DNA of 64,000 nt from an uncultured Clostridia bacterium (GTDB lineage Bacteria; Bacillota; Clostridia; Christensenellales; UBA1242): the NCBI GenBank assembly GCA_944383375.1, contig CALWPG010000001.1, positions 46,827 through 110,826 of the forward strand, in the 5' to 3' direction. A program made the position numbers and the translations under genes. The notes below the pieces were generated by a model. That model saw nothing but the letters and a program-made list of their open reading frames with translations, was not told the DNA's origin and did no database searches. Positions 1 to 9,729 of this stretch are shown one piece after another; the first letter of the stretch is position 1; the number at the start of each line of letters is the position of its first letter.

Positions 1-28
1 TATTAAAGCGAACCAATGCAACTATTTT

Positions 29-592
29 TTAATGACCTGGAAATAATTTATACCCATTATCTAAGTATGGCTTAATTTTTTGTATACTTTGCATTAATTG
101 TTTATAGTCACCATCATAAAAATTAGTTCTACCAATACCATTTTCAAAAATTATATCACCACTAAACAAATAATTATCGATAATGTAGCAAACACTTCCT
201 GCGCTGTGACCAGGTGTATGCAAAATCAATAATTCAAAGTTCCCAATACAAAGTTCTCCTTCTTCTATGGTCCTATTTGCAAATAACTTATCAAAATGAA
301 TGCCAAACATGTTGGCCAAATTACCATCGGTATATAGTTTATCTGCGTCCAAGCTATGAATATAGACCAAAACTCCATTTTCTTGAAAACTTTTGCATGA
401 CATACAATGATCAAAATGACCATGTGTAAGTAAAACTGCCAACACGTTTAGATGTTTATTTTTAACAAATTTTATTATAGAATTATAACAATTTCCCGGA
501 TCAATAACAATTGCATTTCCATCGCTATAAATCAAGTAAGCCTTTTCTTGAAAAATATCACTAACAAATACTTTTACGTCAGGCCTTTTCAT
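29..592 (-). CDS. MBL-fold metallo-hydrolase (glyoxalase II-like)
   Basis: THGHFDH motif, HTPGHS, FSGD and terminal PGH metal ligands. Confidence 0.9.
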   Translation of the reverse strand: MKRPDVKVFVSDIFQEKAYLIYSDGNAIVIDPGNCYNSIIKFVKNKHLNVLAVLLTHGHFDHCMSCKSFQENGVLVYIHSLDADKLYTDGNLANMFGIHFDKLFANRTIEEGELCIGNFELLILHTPGHSAGSVCYIIDNYLFSGDIIFENGIGRTNFYDGDYKQLMQSIQKIKPYLDNGYKLFPGH

Positions 593-1436
593 AAATCTCC
601 TTTAAAATCAAACTGTCAGTCGCCATAAAGTCCTTTGATTCACAAATAATTGTTGGTGTAAATTTTAAGTCTTTAAGTGCTTTTGCAAGAGGCATAAAAT
701 CAGGTCCATAAATGTTATCATCATAATTCAAATGTCTGATTTCACCCTTTGTACCATATTCAATTTTAGAAAAATGAATGTGACATGTTTTTGCCCGATC
801 ACCAAGTTTGTCCAAGGCATGGTCCAGAATTTTTCTATAATCATCATAGGTTTTCAAACTACCGCCCGTCAAAGCATTAATATGCCCAAAATCAAAAGTG
901 GGAACCAAACAAGGATGGATACGACAAAGATCTATAATTTCTTCATATGTGCCTATTTGCTGAGGCTTCCCCATAGTTTCTAAGCACAATCTTTTTCCAT
1001 TGGTTAATAAATTGTCTTTCTCTAGTTCATCAATAAGTTTGACAAGATTACGTCGAACATTATTTAAAGCCTCTTCTCTTGTCAACTTACCACATGAGCC
1101 TATATGAACAACATAATCAATACCACCAAAACAATCCAATAACTGTAAACCACGTTTAACATATCCAAATGACTTTTGGATCATTTCAGGGTCAGGGTTT
1201 GCTAAATTTATATAATATGGCGCATGACAGGAAATCAAAACGTCATTTTTTCTAGCCTCTTCGCCAATCTTGGATGCGGTTTCTTCCTTTATAGTAAAGC
1301 CCCTGCCAAAAGAAAATTCATATGCATCAAGCCCCATAGACGCAAGCCATAAAGGTGCTTCTATACTGTGTTTGTGTCCTTCATCATAAAATAGTTTTTG
1401 GTTTCCCGAAGGACCAAATCTTGTTTTGTTATTCAT
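579..1436 (-). CDS. nfo: Endonuclease IV-like TIM-barrel AP endonuclease
   Basis: HAPYYINL, ETMGK, DFGH and HIHFS motifs. Confidence 0.8.
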   Translation of the reverse strand: MNNKTRFGPSGNQKLFYDEGHKHSIEAPLWLASMGLDAYEFSFGRGFTIKEETASKIGEEARKNDVLISCHAPYYINLANPDPEMIQKSFGYVKRGLQLLDCFGGIDYVVHIGSCGKLTREEALNNVRRNLVKLIDELEKDNLLTNGKRLCLETMGKPQQIGTYEEIIDLCRIHPCLVPTFDFGHINALTGGSLKTYDDYRKILDHALDKLGDRAKTCHIHFSKIEYGTKGEIRHLNYDDNIYGPDFMPLAKALKDLKFTPTIICESKDFMATDSLILKEIYEKA

Positions 1437-2121
1437 TTACTTTTACCTCTTTTGTTTCTATGAAATTAAATGATCCCACTTTGATATCTTCCAAAGTGCA
1501 ACTCCTAGAAATATCATATTCTCCACATCTTGTGCGTATTATCGCAAGCATAGTAGCACATGTTGATAATTTATTTGACATATCTCTGCAAATACTACGA
1601 ATATAAGTCCCCCCAGAACAAGTGATTTCAAAAGCGTACGTGTTACCAGCCACCATTCCCAAATTTTTTATGTCATAAATCGTAACTCGCCTTGGTCTCA
1701 GTTTAACTTCCTCCCCCTTTCTTGCAAGTTCATATGCTTTTTTTCCGTTTATTTTTTTTGCACTATAAATTGGAGGAAGCTGATCGAATTCTCCAATAAA
1801 CTTTTTACAAACCAAATCTACATCACTAATTGAAACTACTCTATCGCAGGTGTTGATTATTTTACCCTCACTATCCAATGTATCAGTTTCTTTACCAAAA
1901 TAAAATATTGTTCTGTATGTTTTCGTTTCATTTAAAAATCTATCAAATAATTTTGTTCCCTTATTTATTCCCAATATCAGCACTCCGCTCCCCAATGGAT
2001 CAAGTGTACCCATATGTCCAATTTTTTTGGGTTTTAACATACTTTTCACTATTTGAACTGCTTTATTACTAGACATTCCAGTAGGCTTATTCAATACAAT
2101 AATTCCGTCTTTATCGAACAT
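1429..2121 (-). CDS. truB: tRNA pseudouridine(55) synthase
   Basis: KIGHMGTLDPLGSG, PPIYSAKK and CSGGTYIRS; start moved to ATG 2121, downstream of GGAG. Confidence 0.95.
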   Translation of the reverse strand: MFDKDGIIVLNKPTGMSSNKAVQIVKSMLKPKKIGHMGTLDPLGSGVLILGINKGTKLFDRFLNETKTYRTIFYFGKETDTLDSEGKIINTCDRVVSISDVDLVCKKFIGEFDQLPPIYSAKKINGKKAYELARKGEEVKLRPRRVTIYDIKNLGMVAGNTYAFEITCSGGTYIRSICRDMSNKLSTCATMLAIIRTRCGEYDISRSCTLEDIKVGSFNFIETKEVKVNE

Positions 2122-3082
2122 CACCAGTCTCCTTAATGAGGATATCAAGTTCATTGAGTATCTTCTCTACATTCTTTTCTACACTTCCCTTAATTTCGGC
2201 ACCACATGCCTGTGCATGCCCTCCGCCACCAAAATGTTGTGCAACTTTAGCAACGTTGTATCCTTTTATACTCCTAAAACTTAATGAATAAATATTGTTT
2301 TGTTTTTCGGTCATGACAAATGAAACTTTTGTATTTTCAAAGTTTAAAAGATAATTGACATAATCTCCGATATCCGACTTTTGAAATCCGTTTTCATCAA
2401 AAAACTTTTTTCTTATAACTACATAATTTATATCATTATGCCTTTGGCGAATATCATCCAAAAGTTTTTTGACTTTATATGATTTTTCTGTAACGAGCTT
2501 AAAAAGATGATAATTAATAGTTTTAAAATCAGCACCAAAACTCAATAATTGTGAAGCCACCAAATGTGAATGTGCACTAGTGTTATCATGCAAAAAACAG
2601 CCTGTATCATCTGCAATCCCCATATATAAGAATGTGCTGACTTTTTTATCCAACTTTTGTTTTGATGTATTCAAAATTTCAAAATTTATTTCACAACACG
2701 AAGCATAATTAATGACAACATTGAGATCACTATTTAGGTTTCTGATATAATGATGATCAATGACTATTTTATTATCAAAATTGCAAAAAGCAGCTGCATA
2801 ACTTCCCAGCTGCTTTTTATCAGCAACATCTGTAGAGATTAATAAATCATAATTTTTTTCATCGAAAGTCTTGCCGTTTATGAATGAAGTATCTATAAAA
2901 TTAAATCTGCAAGATATTTCATCATCAACAAAAGCATCAGCATTTTTACCAAGCGCTTCACACAAAAAATGTATGGCAAACATACTGCCAATACAATCAC
3001 CATCAGGCGATTGATGTCCGAATATTGCCACATTTTTACTATTTTTAATCCTCTTGATTATCGCTTTGAACAGTTTCTTCAT
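2111..3082 (-). CDS. nrnA: DHH/DHHA1 family phosphoesterase (NrnA-like)
   Basis: PDGDCIGS, IDHH, DTG and GGGGH motifs; rbfA-DHH-truB synteny. Confidence 0.85.
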   Translation of the reverse strand: MKKLFKAIIKRIKNSKNVAIFGHQSPDGDCIGSMFAIHFLCEALGKNADAFVDDEISCRFNFIDTSFINGKTFDEKNYDLLISTDVADKKQLGSYAAAFCNFDNKIVIDHHYIRNLNSDLNVVINYASCCEINFEILNTSKQKLDKKVSTFLYMGIADDTGCFLHDNTSAHSHLVASQLLSFGADFKTINYHLFKLVTEKSYKVKKLLDDIRQRHNDINYVVIRKKFFDENGFQKSDIGDYVNYLLNFENTKVSFVMTEKQNNIYSLSFRSIKGYNVAKVAQHFGGGGHAQACGAEIKGSVEKNVEKILNELDILIKETGDVR

Positions 3083-3431
3083 CCACTTCCTCTGGAATAT
3101 CTAAAGTACTTAGAATTTCGTTTATTTTATCACTGTGTTTTGCACCTTCATCCAAAACAAATGTCAATTCGGGAGTATAAGGCAATTTCACCTCTTTAAC
3201 AAGCTCGCGCTTAATATACCCCTCGCTTTTTCGCAGTTGCTTAATCACGACATTCTCATCCCCCGTATAAACACTTATACCAACTTTGCAGTGCCTAAAA
3301 TCCACAGAGAGATGTGCATAGGTAACAGTAATGAATTCACTTAGACGTGGGTCATTTAATCTGTTTTGAATTATGTCGGCCAAAACTTTTTCAACCTCAG
3401 AATTGGCTCTTTGAGTCCTAATATTGTTCAT
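3045..3431 (-). CDS. rbfA: Ribosome-binding factor A
   Basis: DPRL and YTPELTFVLD motifs; follows infB. Confidence 0.95.
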   Translation of the reverse strand: MNNIRTQRANSEVEKVLADIIQNRLNDPRLSEFITVTYAHLSVDFRHCKVGISVYTGDENVVIKQLRKSEGYIKRELVKEVKLPYTPELTFVLDEGAKHSDKINEILSTLDIPEEVDEETVQSDNQED

Positions 3432-3433
3432 AT

Positions 3434-5890
3434 TTAACCTCTTTTTATTTCTACTTTTTGATACACTTCTAGCACATCCCCTACTTTTACACCCTGTGAG
3501 TCTTTAAGTTTTATGCCACATTCAAAACCATATGAAACTTCTGCTTTATCATCTTTTTGTATTCTTAGGGCAACAATACTCGTTTCAAGAATTTTTTCTT
3601 CGCCACGATAGACATTAACAAAAGCATTTCTAGTTATTTTACCGTCTGTCACATAACTACCACAAACTACTCCACTTGTTGAAAGTTTAAACATCATTCT
3701 TACTTCAGCATGACCTATTATTTGTTCTTCGTATTTTACAGACAACATACCATTTAGCGCTTTTGTAATCTCATCAACAACTTCATAGATTATTTTATAT
3801 GATTTTATTTGAACTGACATTGATTCAGCAAGTTGTTCAATTTTTGATGATAATTTCAAATTAAAATTAATTACAACAGCAGCACATGCCTGAGCCAGCA
3901 ATAGATCAGATTCGGTCACAGGGCCTGCTCCACTGTGTATACAAACAACCCTTGCTTCTTCATTTTTTATAGCTGTTAGCGATTGTTTTAATGCTTCAAC
4001 AGAGCCTTGAACATCTGCCTTGATGATAATATTTAAAGCCTTTAATTTGCCTTCATTAACTTTGTCCATAAAGTCTTCAAGTGAAACACCACTAGTAGAT
4101 TTTGAACGTAATTCCTTAGCCTTTGCAATTCGTTCATCAATAACTTGTTTTGACAATTTTTCATCAACAGCAAAAACTCGATCACCAGAATTTGGAACAC
4201 TATCCAAACCAAGAACAGCCACAGGCATACTTGGTTCAGCAGATTTAACCGGCTTTCCATTCTCATCAAACATCGCTCGCACTTTACCGAATGACGTTCC
4301 ACTGATTATAGAGTCACCTACTCTCAAAGTACCATTTTGGACGAGAATTGTGGCAACAGCACCACGGTTTTTATCAAGTTCCGCTTCCAAAACTGACCCC
4401 GTTGCACTTGTGTTAGGGTTTGCCTTTAACTCTGAAACTTCAGCCACAAGTAAAATAGTTTTCAGCAAATCATCAATACCTAACCCCTGCTTTGCAGACA
4501 CGGGAACTAAAATCGCATCGCCACCCCATTCTTCTGGTAAAACACCATTATCTGCAAGCTGTTGTTTTATTCTTTCGATATTTGCTTCGGGTTTATCTAT
4601 TTTGTTAATTGCCACAATCATAGGAACGTCAGCTGCTTTTATATGATTGATTGCCTCTATAGTTTGTGGCATTATTCCATCGTCAGCAGCAACAACCAAA
4701 ATTGCGATATCAGTTACTTTTGCACCTCTTGCACGCATTGCCGTGAAAGCAGCGTGACCTGGTGTGTCAATAAAGGTTATTTTCTCCCCTTCATATTCTA
4801 TCTGATATGCACCTATCTTCTGCGTAATGCCGCCAGCTTCTCCGGCCACAACATTTGTCTTACGAATAGCATCAAGAAGTGAAGTCTTTCCATGATCAAC
4901 GTGTCCCATAACGGCGACTACAGGAGGACGCTTAACCATATCTACATCATTTTGTTCATGTTCTTTGACGTCATCCATCAGTTGTTCTTCATAGGATTTC
5001 TCAATTTTTTGTTCTAGTTTAACTCCCAATTCTCCGGCAACCAATTCTGCTGTCATAAAATCAATAGAACTATTGATGTTGGCCATTATCCCGAGCATCA
5101 TTAACTGTTTGATAATTTCTGTTACAGGTCTTCCGGTTTTCTCAGAAAGTGTTTTCACTGTTACATCTTCTGTTGTAATAACCGCATTTTCAATTTTGGG
5201 AGCAACAAAGGTCTTTTGTTCTTTTTTCTTCCTTGCAAGTTTTCTGTTGCCCATCCTTTCGCCATCAAAATCTACACTATCATCAACAATAAAGTTTTTT
5301 CTTAATAAAGATTTTTTGTTAGTTTGCCTTTTTTCATCAAGAGTCCTGTTGGATTTATTTTTATTACCATAGTTCCTTTCTGGTTGTGAAAGTACACTGC
5401 TACTTTCCATAGGTTCAAAAACTTTGAATGAATTAGCTTTTGAACTAACAAAATTTTTGGTACCCGTTCTAGTGCCAAATGGCCTATTGTTTTGGTTGTA
5501 ACGATTCTGGTTTGGTCTGTTTGTATTTGCATGTTGCATTTTATTACTAGCATTTCTATCTTGTTTTTGAGAAAAATCTCTTTTTTTGTCGAAAACCGTC
5601 TTAATATTTTGATTTTTGTTTAAACCATTATTATTTACATTGGCATTTTTTTCATTCTGAGCCAGACTACTAGTTTCTTGGCTTTCTGTAATCCCTTGTG
5701 CATTATTATCTAACGTTGCACTAAGCTTTCTTTGTAACTCATTATTTAATGAATTTATTAACTCATCTAATTGAGATTTTGACGACCTTAAATCACGAAG
5801 CAGAATTTGCACTGTTCCGTTTCTTTGAAGCCCAAAGATAGCTTTTAAATTGTTTAATCCATTTTGTTGTTTTTCCGTTTGTTTAGCCAA
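3434..5890 (-). CDS. infB: Translation initiation factor IF-2
   Basis: GHVDHGKT, DTPGH, NKID and GFECGI; likely TTG start at 5890, downstream of GAGGTG. Confidence 0.97.
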   Translation of the reverse strand: MAKQTEKQQNGLNNLKAIFGLQRNGTVQILLRDLRSSKSQLDELINSLNNELQRKLSATLDNNAQGITESQETSSLAQNEKNANVNNNGLNKNQNIKTVFDKKRDFSQKQDRNASNKMQHANTNRPNQNRYNQNNRPFGTRTGTKNFVSSKANSFKVFEPMESSSVLSQPERNYGNKNKSNRTLDEKRQTNKKSLLRKNFIVDDSVDFDGERMGNRKLARKKKEQKTFVAPKIENAVITTEDVTVKTLSEKTGRPVTEIIKQLMMLGIMANINSSIDFMTAELVAGELGVKLEQKIEKSYEEQLMDDVKEHEQNDVDMVKRPPVVAVMGHVDHGKTSLLDAIRKTNVVAGEAGGITQKIGAYQIEYEGEKITFIDTPGHAAFTAMRARGAKVTDIAILVVAADDGIMPQTIEAINHIKAADVPMIVAINKIDKPEANIERIKQQLADNGVLPEEWGGDAILVPVSAKQGLGIDDLLKTILLVAEVSELKANPNTSATGSVLEAELDKNRGAVATILVQNGTLRVGDSIISGTSFGKVRAMFDENGKPVKSAEPSMPVAVLGLDSVPNSGDRVFAVDEKLSKQVIDERIAKAKELRSKSTSGVSLEDFMDKVNEGKLKALNIIIKADVQGSVEALKQSLTAIKNEEARVVCIHSGAGPVTESDLLLAQACAAVVINFNLKLSSKIEQLAESMSVQIKSYKIIYEVVDEITKALNGMLSVKYEEQIIGHAEVRMMFKLSTSGVVCGSYVTDGKITRNAFVNVYRGEEKILETSIVALRIQKDDKAEVSYGFECGIKLKDSQGVKVGDVLEVYQKVEIKRG

Positions 5891-6200
5891 TGTTTTCACC
5901 TCTTATACATTCTATGATTTTTTCTGACAATGCTTTATTTTTAAATGCAACTACTTTACATGCAGGAATATTCGTTATCGTTGTAAACTCATCATGTTTC
6001 AATTTTATTTTTTCATATTTTGTTTTAGTTTTTAAATTATTTATTATGCTAATCAAGCTTTCACCACAATCGTCTCTAAATAATACTAAATATATTTTTT
6101 TGCAATATTTTTTTAAGTTGTCTTGACCAATTATAGCAAAGCCACCTTTTCTTGCTATGTTGACTATTCCTTTAATGTCGTTAATTTGCTTTATTGTCAA
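5883..6200 (-). CDS. ylxQ: L7Ae/YlxQ-like RNA-binding protein
   Basis: GIVNIARKGG N-terminus; lies between ylxR and infB. Confidence 0.7.
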   Translation of the reverse strand: MTIKQINDIKGIVNIARKGGFAIIGQDNLKKYCKKIYLVLFRDDCGESLISIINNLKTKTKYEKIKLKHDEFTTITNIPACKVVAFKNKALSEKIIECIRGENIG

Positions 6201-6435
6201 TAGTTACCTCTTTGATATTAATCAGATTTTCTTCACTTACGTTAAATCTAAATACTTTATTTAATATTTTCGTGCTAAGTGAAGACAAACAATTTTTACA
6301 GACATAAGCACCTTTGCCATTTAGCATGCGTTTATTGTCGACTACAAGTTTGTTGTCAACTTTTACAAGTCGAACAAGGTTTTGTTTAGATAGTCTCTGC
6401 CTACAAGCAATACACATTCTTTGAACATCCATCAC
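6181..6435 (-). CDS. ylxR: YlxR/RnpM family protein
   Basis: RMCIACR and GKGAYVC motifs; follows nusA. Confidence 0.88.
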   Translation of the reverse strand: MMDVQRMCIACRQRLSKQNLVRLVKVDNKLVVDNKRMLNGKGAYVCKNCLSSLSTKILNKVFRFNVSEENLINIKEVTIDNKAN

Positions 6436-7577
6436 TCACCATCAATATCGTCAATATCTTCAAGACTTTCAAAGCTGTATTCATCATCACCGAGATCGGT
6501 AAGTTCGTATTCAACTTCTTTAACCTGAGATTCAGATTTAACTGAACTTTCCGGTTTAACATCAATTTTCCAACCTGTAAGTCTGGCAGCAAGGCGCACA
6601 TTTTGTCCACCTTTTCCTATTGCCAAAGACAATTTATCATCTGGAACAATAACTCTTGAAGATTTTAAACTTTCGTTAATCTCAACACTTAAAACTTTTG
6701 CAGGGCTCAGCGCATTTGCTATATATTCCAAAGGATCTTCAGAATAAGGCACGAGATCAATCTTCTCTCCGTTGATTTCACTCATTATGGTATTGATTCG
6801 AACTCCCCTGTTACCGACACATGCACCCAATGCATCTATGTGAGGCTTGGTTGCCATAATTGCAACCTTACTTCTGTTTCCAGGATCTCTAGCAATGTTT
6901 TTAATAACAACTTCTCCAGTTTCTATTTCTGGAACTTCAATTTCGAATAATTTTCTAAGAAATCCCACATTACTTCTTGAAACTTGAATCTGCACACCCT
7001 TAAAACTTTCTTTTATTTTTTTAACGTAAACTTTTACTCTGTCATTGACATGAAAGACCTCGCCCGGTATTTGGTCTTGCTCAAGCATAACTCCTTCTGT
7101 GTGTGAGCCTGCAATTTGAACATAAACCACTTTTTGGTCAATCCTTTTTACAACTGTAGTCAACAACTCATCTTCTTTTTCGGCAAGTTCGCCAAGAGTA
7201 ATTTGTTTTTCAATTTCTTTTATTTTTTGCATAACAACTTGTTTAGCTGTTTGTGCTGCAATTCGTCCAAAATCTTTCGTATTTTCCTCTTGCGTGACTA
7301 TGTCACCAATTTTGTAACTTGACTTTATCTTGGTTGCATCTTCTAAAGAAATTTCTTTGTCCGGATTCTCAACTTCCTCCACCACTGTTTTATAACTGAA
7401 AATTTTAATGGTGTTTTTTTCAGGGTTGAGTTTAACCTGTGCACTTTTAGCCTCACCATACATCTTTTTGTATGCAGAAGTAAGAGCAGATTCCAAGGCC
7501 TCAATTAATTGGTCTGGATTGATTTTCTTTGTTGTTTCAAGTTCTTCTAATGCTTGAAAAAAATCTTTGTTTATCAT
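6432..7577 (-). CDS. nusA: Transcription termination/antitermination factor NusA
   Basis: FGRIAAQTAKQV and AIGKGGQNVRLAARLTGWKIDVK; ATG 7577 downstream of AAGGAG. Confidence 0.97.
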   Translation of the reverse strand: MINKDFFQALEELETTKKINPDQLIEALESALTSAYKKMYGEAKSAQVKLNPEKNTIKIFSYKTVVEEVENPDKEISLEDATKIKSSYKIGDIVTQEENTKDFGRIAAQTAKQVVMQKIKEIEKQITLGELAEKEDELLTTVVKRIDQKVVYVQIAGSHTEGVMLEQDQIPGEVFHVNDRVKVYVKKIKESFKGVQIQVSRSNVGFLRKLFEIEVPEIETGEVVIKNIARDPGNRSKVAIMATKPHIDALGACVGNRGVRINTIMSEINGEKIDLVPYSEDPLEYIANALSPAKVLSVEINESLKSSRVIVPDDKLSLAIGKGGQNVRLAARLTGWKIDVKPESSVKSESQVKEVEYELTDLGDDEYSFESLEDIDDIDGE

Positions 7578-7587
7578 GTTTTTCTCC

Positions 7588-8049
7588 TTAAAATTCAATA
7601 ACTGGACTGATCAAAGCGACATCTGAAAGTGGAAATGTTACTTCTTTTTCATCCACACTGATCACAACATCACTAGCTGTGTAATCTTTCAAATAGCCCA
7701 CAAATTTTTTGTTGCCGTCTTTTTGTTTGTAGAGAGTGATCTCGAACTTTTTATTTTTATTCCGAACAAAATCATTGTAATTTTTGATAGGTCTGTCAAG
7801 CCCTGGTGAACTTATGTTTAAAATGTAAGGTGCATTAACAGTCGGATCCAATTCATCAAGTAAATCTGAAATGGCATCATTTACTTTTTCACAATCTTCT
7901 ACAGTTATGCCATCTTTAGAGTCAATATAAAAAGTCAAGTTCATCCCATCAACTTTCTTTTTATATTCTACCTCAACCACCTCATAACCCAGTGATTCAA
8001 TGATCGGGCAAACTTTTTCATTACACAATTCAACAACTTTACTTGGCAT
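7588..8049 (-). CDS. rimP: Ribosome maturation factor RimP
   Basis: ISSPGLDRP motif; ATG 8049 downstream of GAGGGAG. Confidence 0.95.
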   Translation of the reverse strand: MPSKVVELCNEKVCPIIESLGYEVVEVEYKKKVDGMNLTFYIDSKDGITVEDCEKVNDAISDLLDELDPTVNAPYILNISSPGLDRPIKNYNDFVRNKNKKFEITLYKQKDGNKKFVGYLKDYTASDVVISVDEKEVTFPLSDVALISPVIEF

Positions 8050-8064
8050 TTTTCTCCCTCTACA

Positions 8065-8097
8065 ATTAAGAGTGGGCAAGTTTTGCCCACTCTTAAT
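8065..8097 (-). promoter_or_regulatory. rimP leader hairpin
   Basis: Perfect 15-bp inverted repeat ATTAAGAGTGGGCAA-3nt-TTGCCCACTCTTAAT; AAGAGTGGG..CCCACTCTT hairpins are typical upstream of Bacillota rimP. Confidence 0.75.
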
Positions 8098-8108
8098 CTA
8101 GCAAGTAT

Positions 8109-8137
8109 AGTCTAACACATATGATATTAATAATCAA
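8109..8137 (-). promoter_or_regulatory. sigma-A promoter of the rimP-nusA-infB operon
   Basis: TTGATT-17 nt-TAGACT with an extended TG. Confidence 0.55.
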
Positions 8138-8154
8138 TCATTTTTTTAAAAAAA

Positions 8155-9729
8155 TTACATTTCATTGAGTTTTAAAAATACTTCAGCAGTTGCAATTGCA
8201 TCGGCAATTGCCCTATGCGCATTTTTTAGGGTGAGACCCAATGCATCAACAACATTGATTAGTTTATATCTTGACAAATACATTTTTTTTCTTACAATAT
8301 CCATTGCATCAACACTTTCATTATAAAAATGCAGTTTGGCTTTTTTGGCAGTATTCTGAATAAATCCCAAATCGAAATCCACGTTATAACCAACCAAAAC
8401 ACTTCCTTCACAAAATTTATAAAAGTCTGTTATTGCCTGACTTGAGTTTGGTGCATCTTTGACCATATCATTTGTAATGGTTGTAAGTTTTGTAATCTCA
8501 TCTGGGATTTCATTCTCTGGACAAATAAAAGTCTGAAACTGTTCTTTTATTAGCCCATCTACAATTTTTACAGCTCCTATTTCAATAATTTCATTGTAAG
8601 TACAGCTTAGTCCAGTAGTTTCACAGTCGAAGACCACAAAGGTGTTTTTGGTGATATAATCATTGTATGAAGGCTTGACATCAAACAAATTTTCTTGACG
8701 GTCGAGAACATATGGAGATGGCTTAACATATTTATATTCTTCAATATGTACATTTTTCAATATTGGTTCTTCGATATCTTGTTCTTTTGTTTCATTTTCT
8801 TTTATTAAAGATTTGTCAATTTCGCATAAAGCCATACTTTTTACATATAACTTTTTCTTATCATAGTCTTTTTTTATGTCACCTACAATTAAAATATCGT
8901 CACCATCTTTGAGTACACTAACCTTTTTATAACTGCTTTTATTTGCAAAATATATTGCATCAATACTAGACGTGTGATCTGTGAGTGTAAAAGTTAAATA
9001 GTGACTTTGCTCACTCAATCCCTTTTGTTTGTTGCGTTTCGAAATATATGTTTTGTCACTCAAGTTTGAAATTTTCCCAGCCAAAATAACTGCAATTTTT
9101 GATTCTGATTGGTTTTTAATTGGCTCGGGCATTGGAGTAATTTCTTGTCCACACAAAAGTACTGGATCAAAAACTGGATATCTTTCAATTCTTTTTTCCT
9201 GAGGCAGATGTTCTATCACAGATTTTTCGTGCATTGTTAACTCTTGTTGGTCAATCTGTGAGTCATCCATGACAATCTCAACACCAAACTGTGCAATAAA
9301 ATTTTTGTTTAAATTATCCGTAATTTTTTCTTTTATATTGTTGTCCATAAAATAGTTGTATACAACATCTAAAAGTGAGATCTCGATATTTATTTTATCA
9401 TCATGTCTTTCTACTTTTATCTTTTGTTCATCATAGTATGCAAACATCGATGGAAAAGTGGTTTTTAAAAAATCTATTAAATTTTTCTTAATCAGCCATT
9501 CATCTAAATAGCTTTTTTTGAATTTGATTTTAACATCACAGGATAAATTTAATTGGTTTTTTACGAATTCGCTCAAACTTTTTTTTTCATCGTCACTAAA
9601 ATTTTCACAACTTTCTGGATATAAAAAAATGATTTCCACAAAAGAGCCCATAATGTATTTAACACTAAGCACCTTTAAGAAATCATATTTATTTGCAAAT
9701 TTTGCATTTATCCTTTTTAAAATTTCCAC
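8155..9729 (-). CDS. PolC-derived protein: N-terminal domain + OB fold + DEDDh 3'-5' exonuclease, lacking PHP and polymerase domains
   Basis: OB segment (LTFTLTDHTSSI..GDDILIVGDI); ExoI VVFDCETTG, ExoII YNVDFD and ExoIII HRAIAD; occupies the polC slot between rseP and rimP. Confidence 0.85.
   Translation of the reverse strand: MEILKRINAKFANKYDFLKVLSVKYIMGSFVEIIFLYPESCENFSDDEKKSLSEFVKNQLNLSCDVKIKFKKSYLDEWLIKKNLIDFLKTTFPSMFAYYDEQKIKVERHDDKINIEISLLDVVYNYFMDNNIKEKITDNLNKNFIAQFGVEIVMDDSQIDQQELTMHEKSVIEHLPQEKRIERYPVFDPVLLCGQEITPMPEPIKNQSESKIAVILAGKISNLSDKTYISKRNKQKGLSEQSHYLTFTLTDHTSSIDAIYFANKSSYKKVSVLKDGDDILIVGDIKKDYDKKKLYVKSMALCEIDKSLIKENETKEQDIEEPILKNVHIEEYKYVKPSPYVLDRQENLFDVKPSYNDYITKNTFVVFDCETTGLSCTYNEIIEIGAVKIVDGLIKEQFQTFICPENEIPDEITKLTTITNDMVKDAPNSSQAITDFYKFCEGSVLVGYNVDFDLGFIQNTAKKAKLHFYNESVDAMDIVRKKMYLSRYKLINVVDALGLTLKNAHRAIADAIATAEVFLKLNEM

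Noticed and set aside
4020-4646. 208-aa plus-strand ORF
   Set aside because: Antisense shadow of infB; the same applies to 47054..47512 (tex) and 58889..59422 (sigA)
8155-9729. polC pseudogene or frameshift
   Set aside because: The ORF is uninterrupted, the exonuclease residues are intact and no adjacent DNA encodes the missing domains
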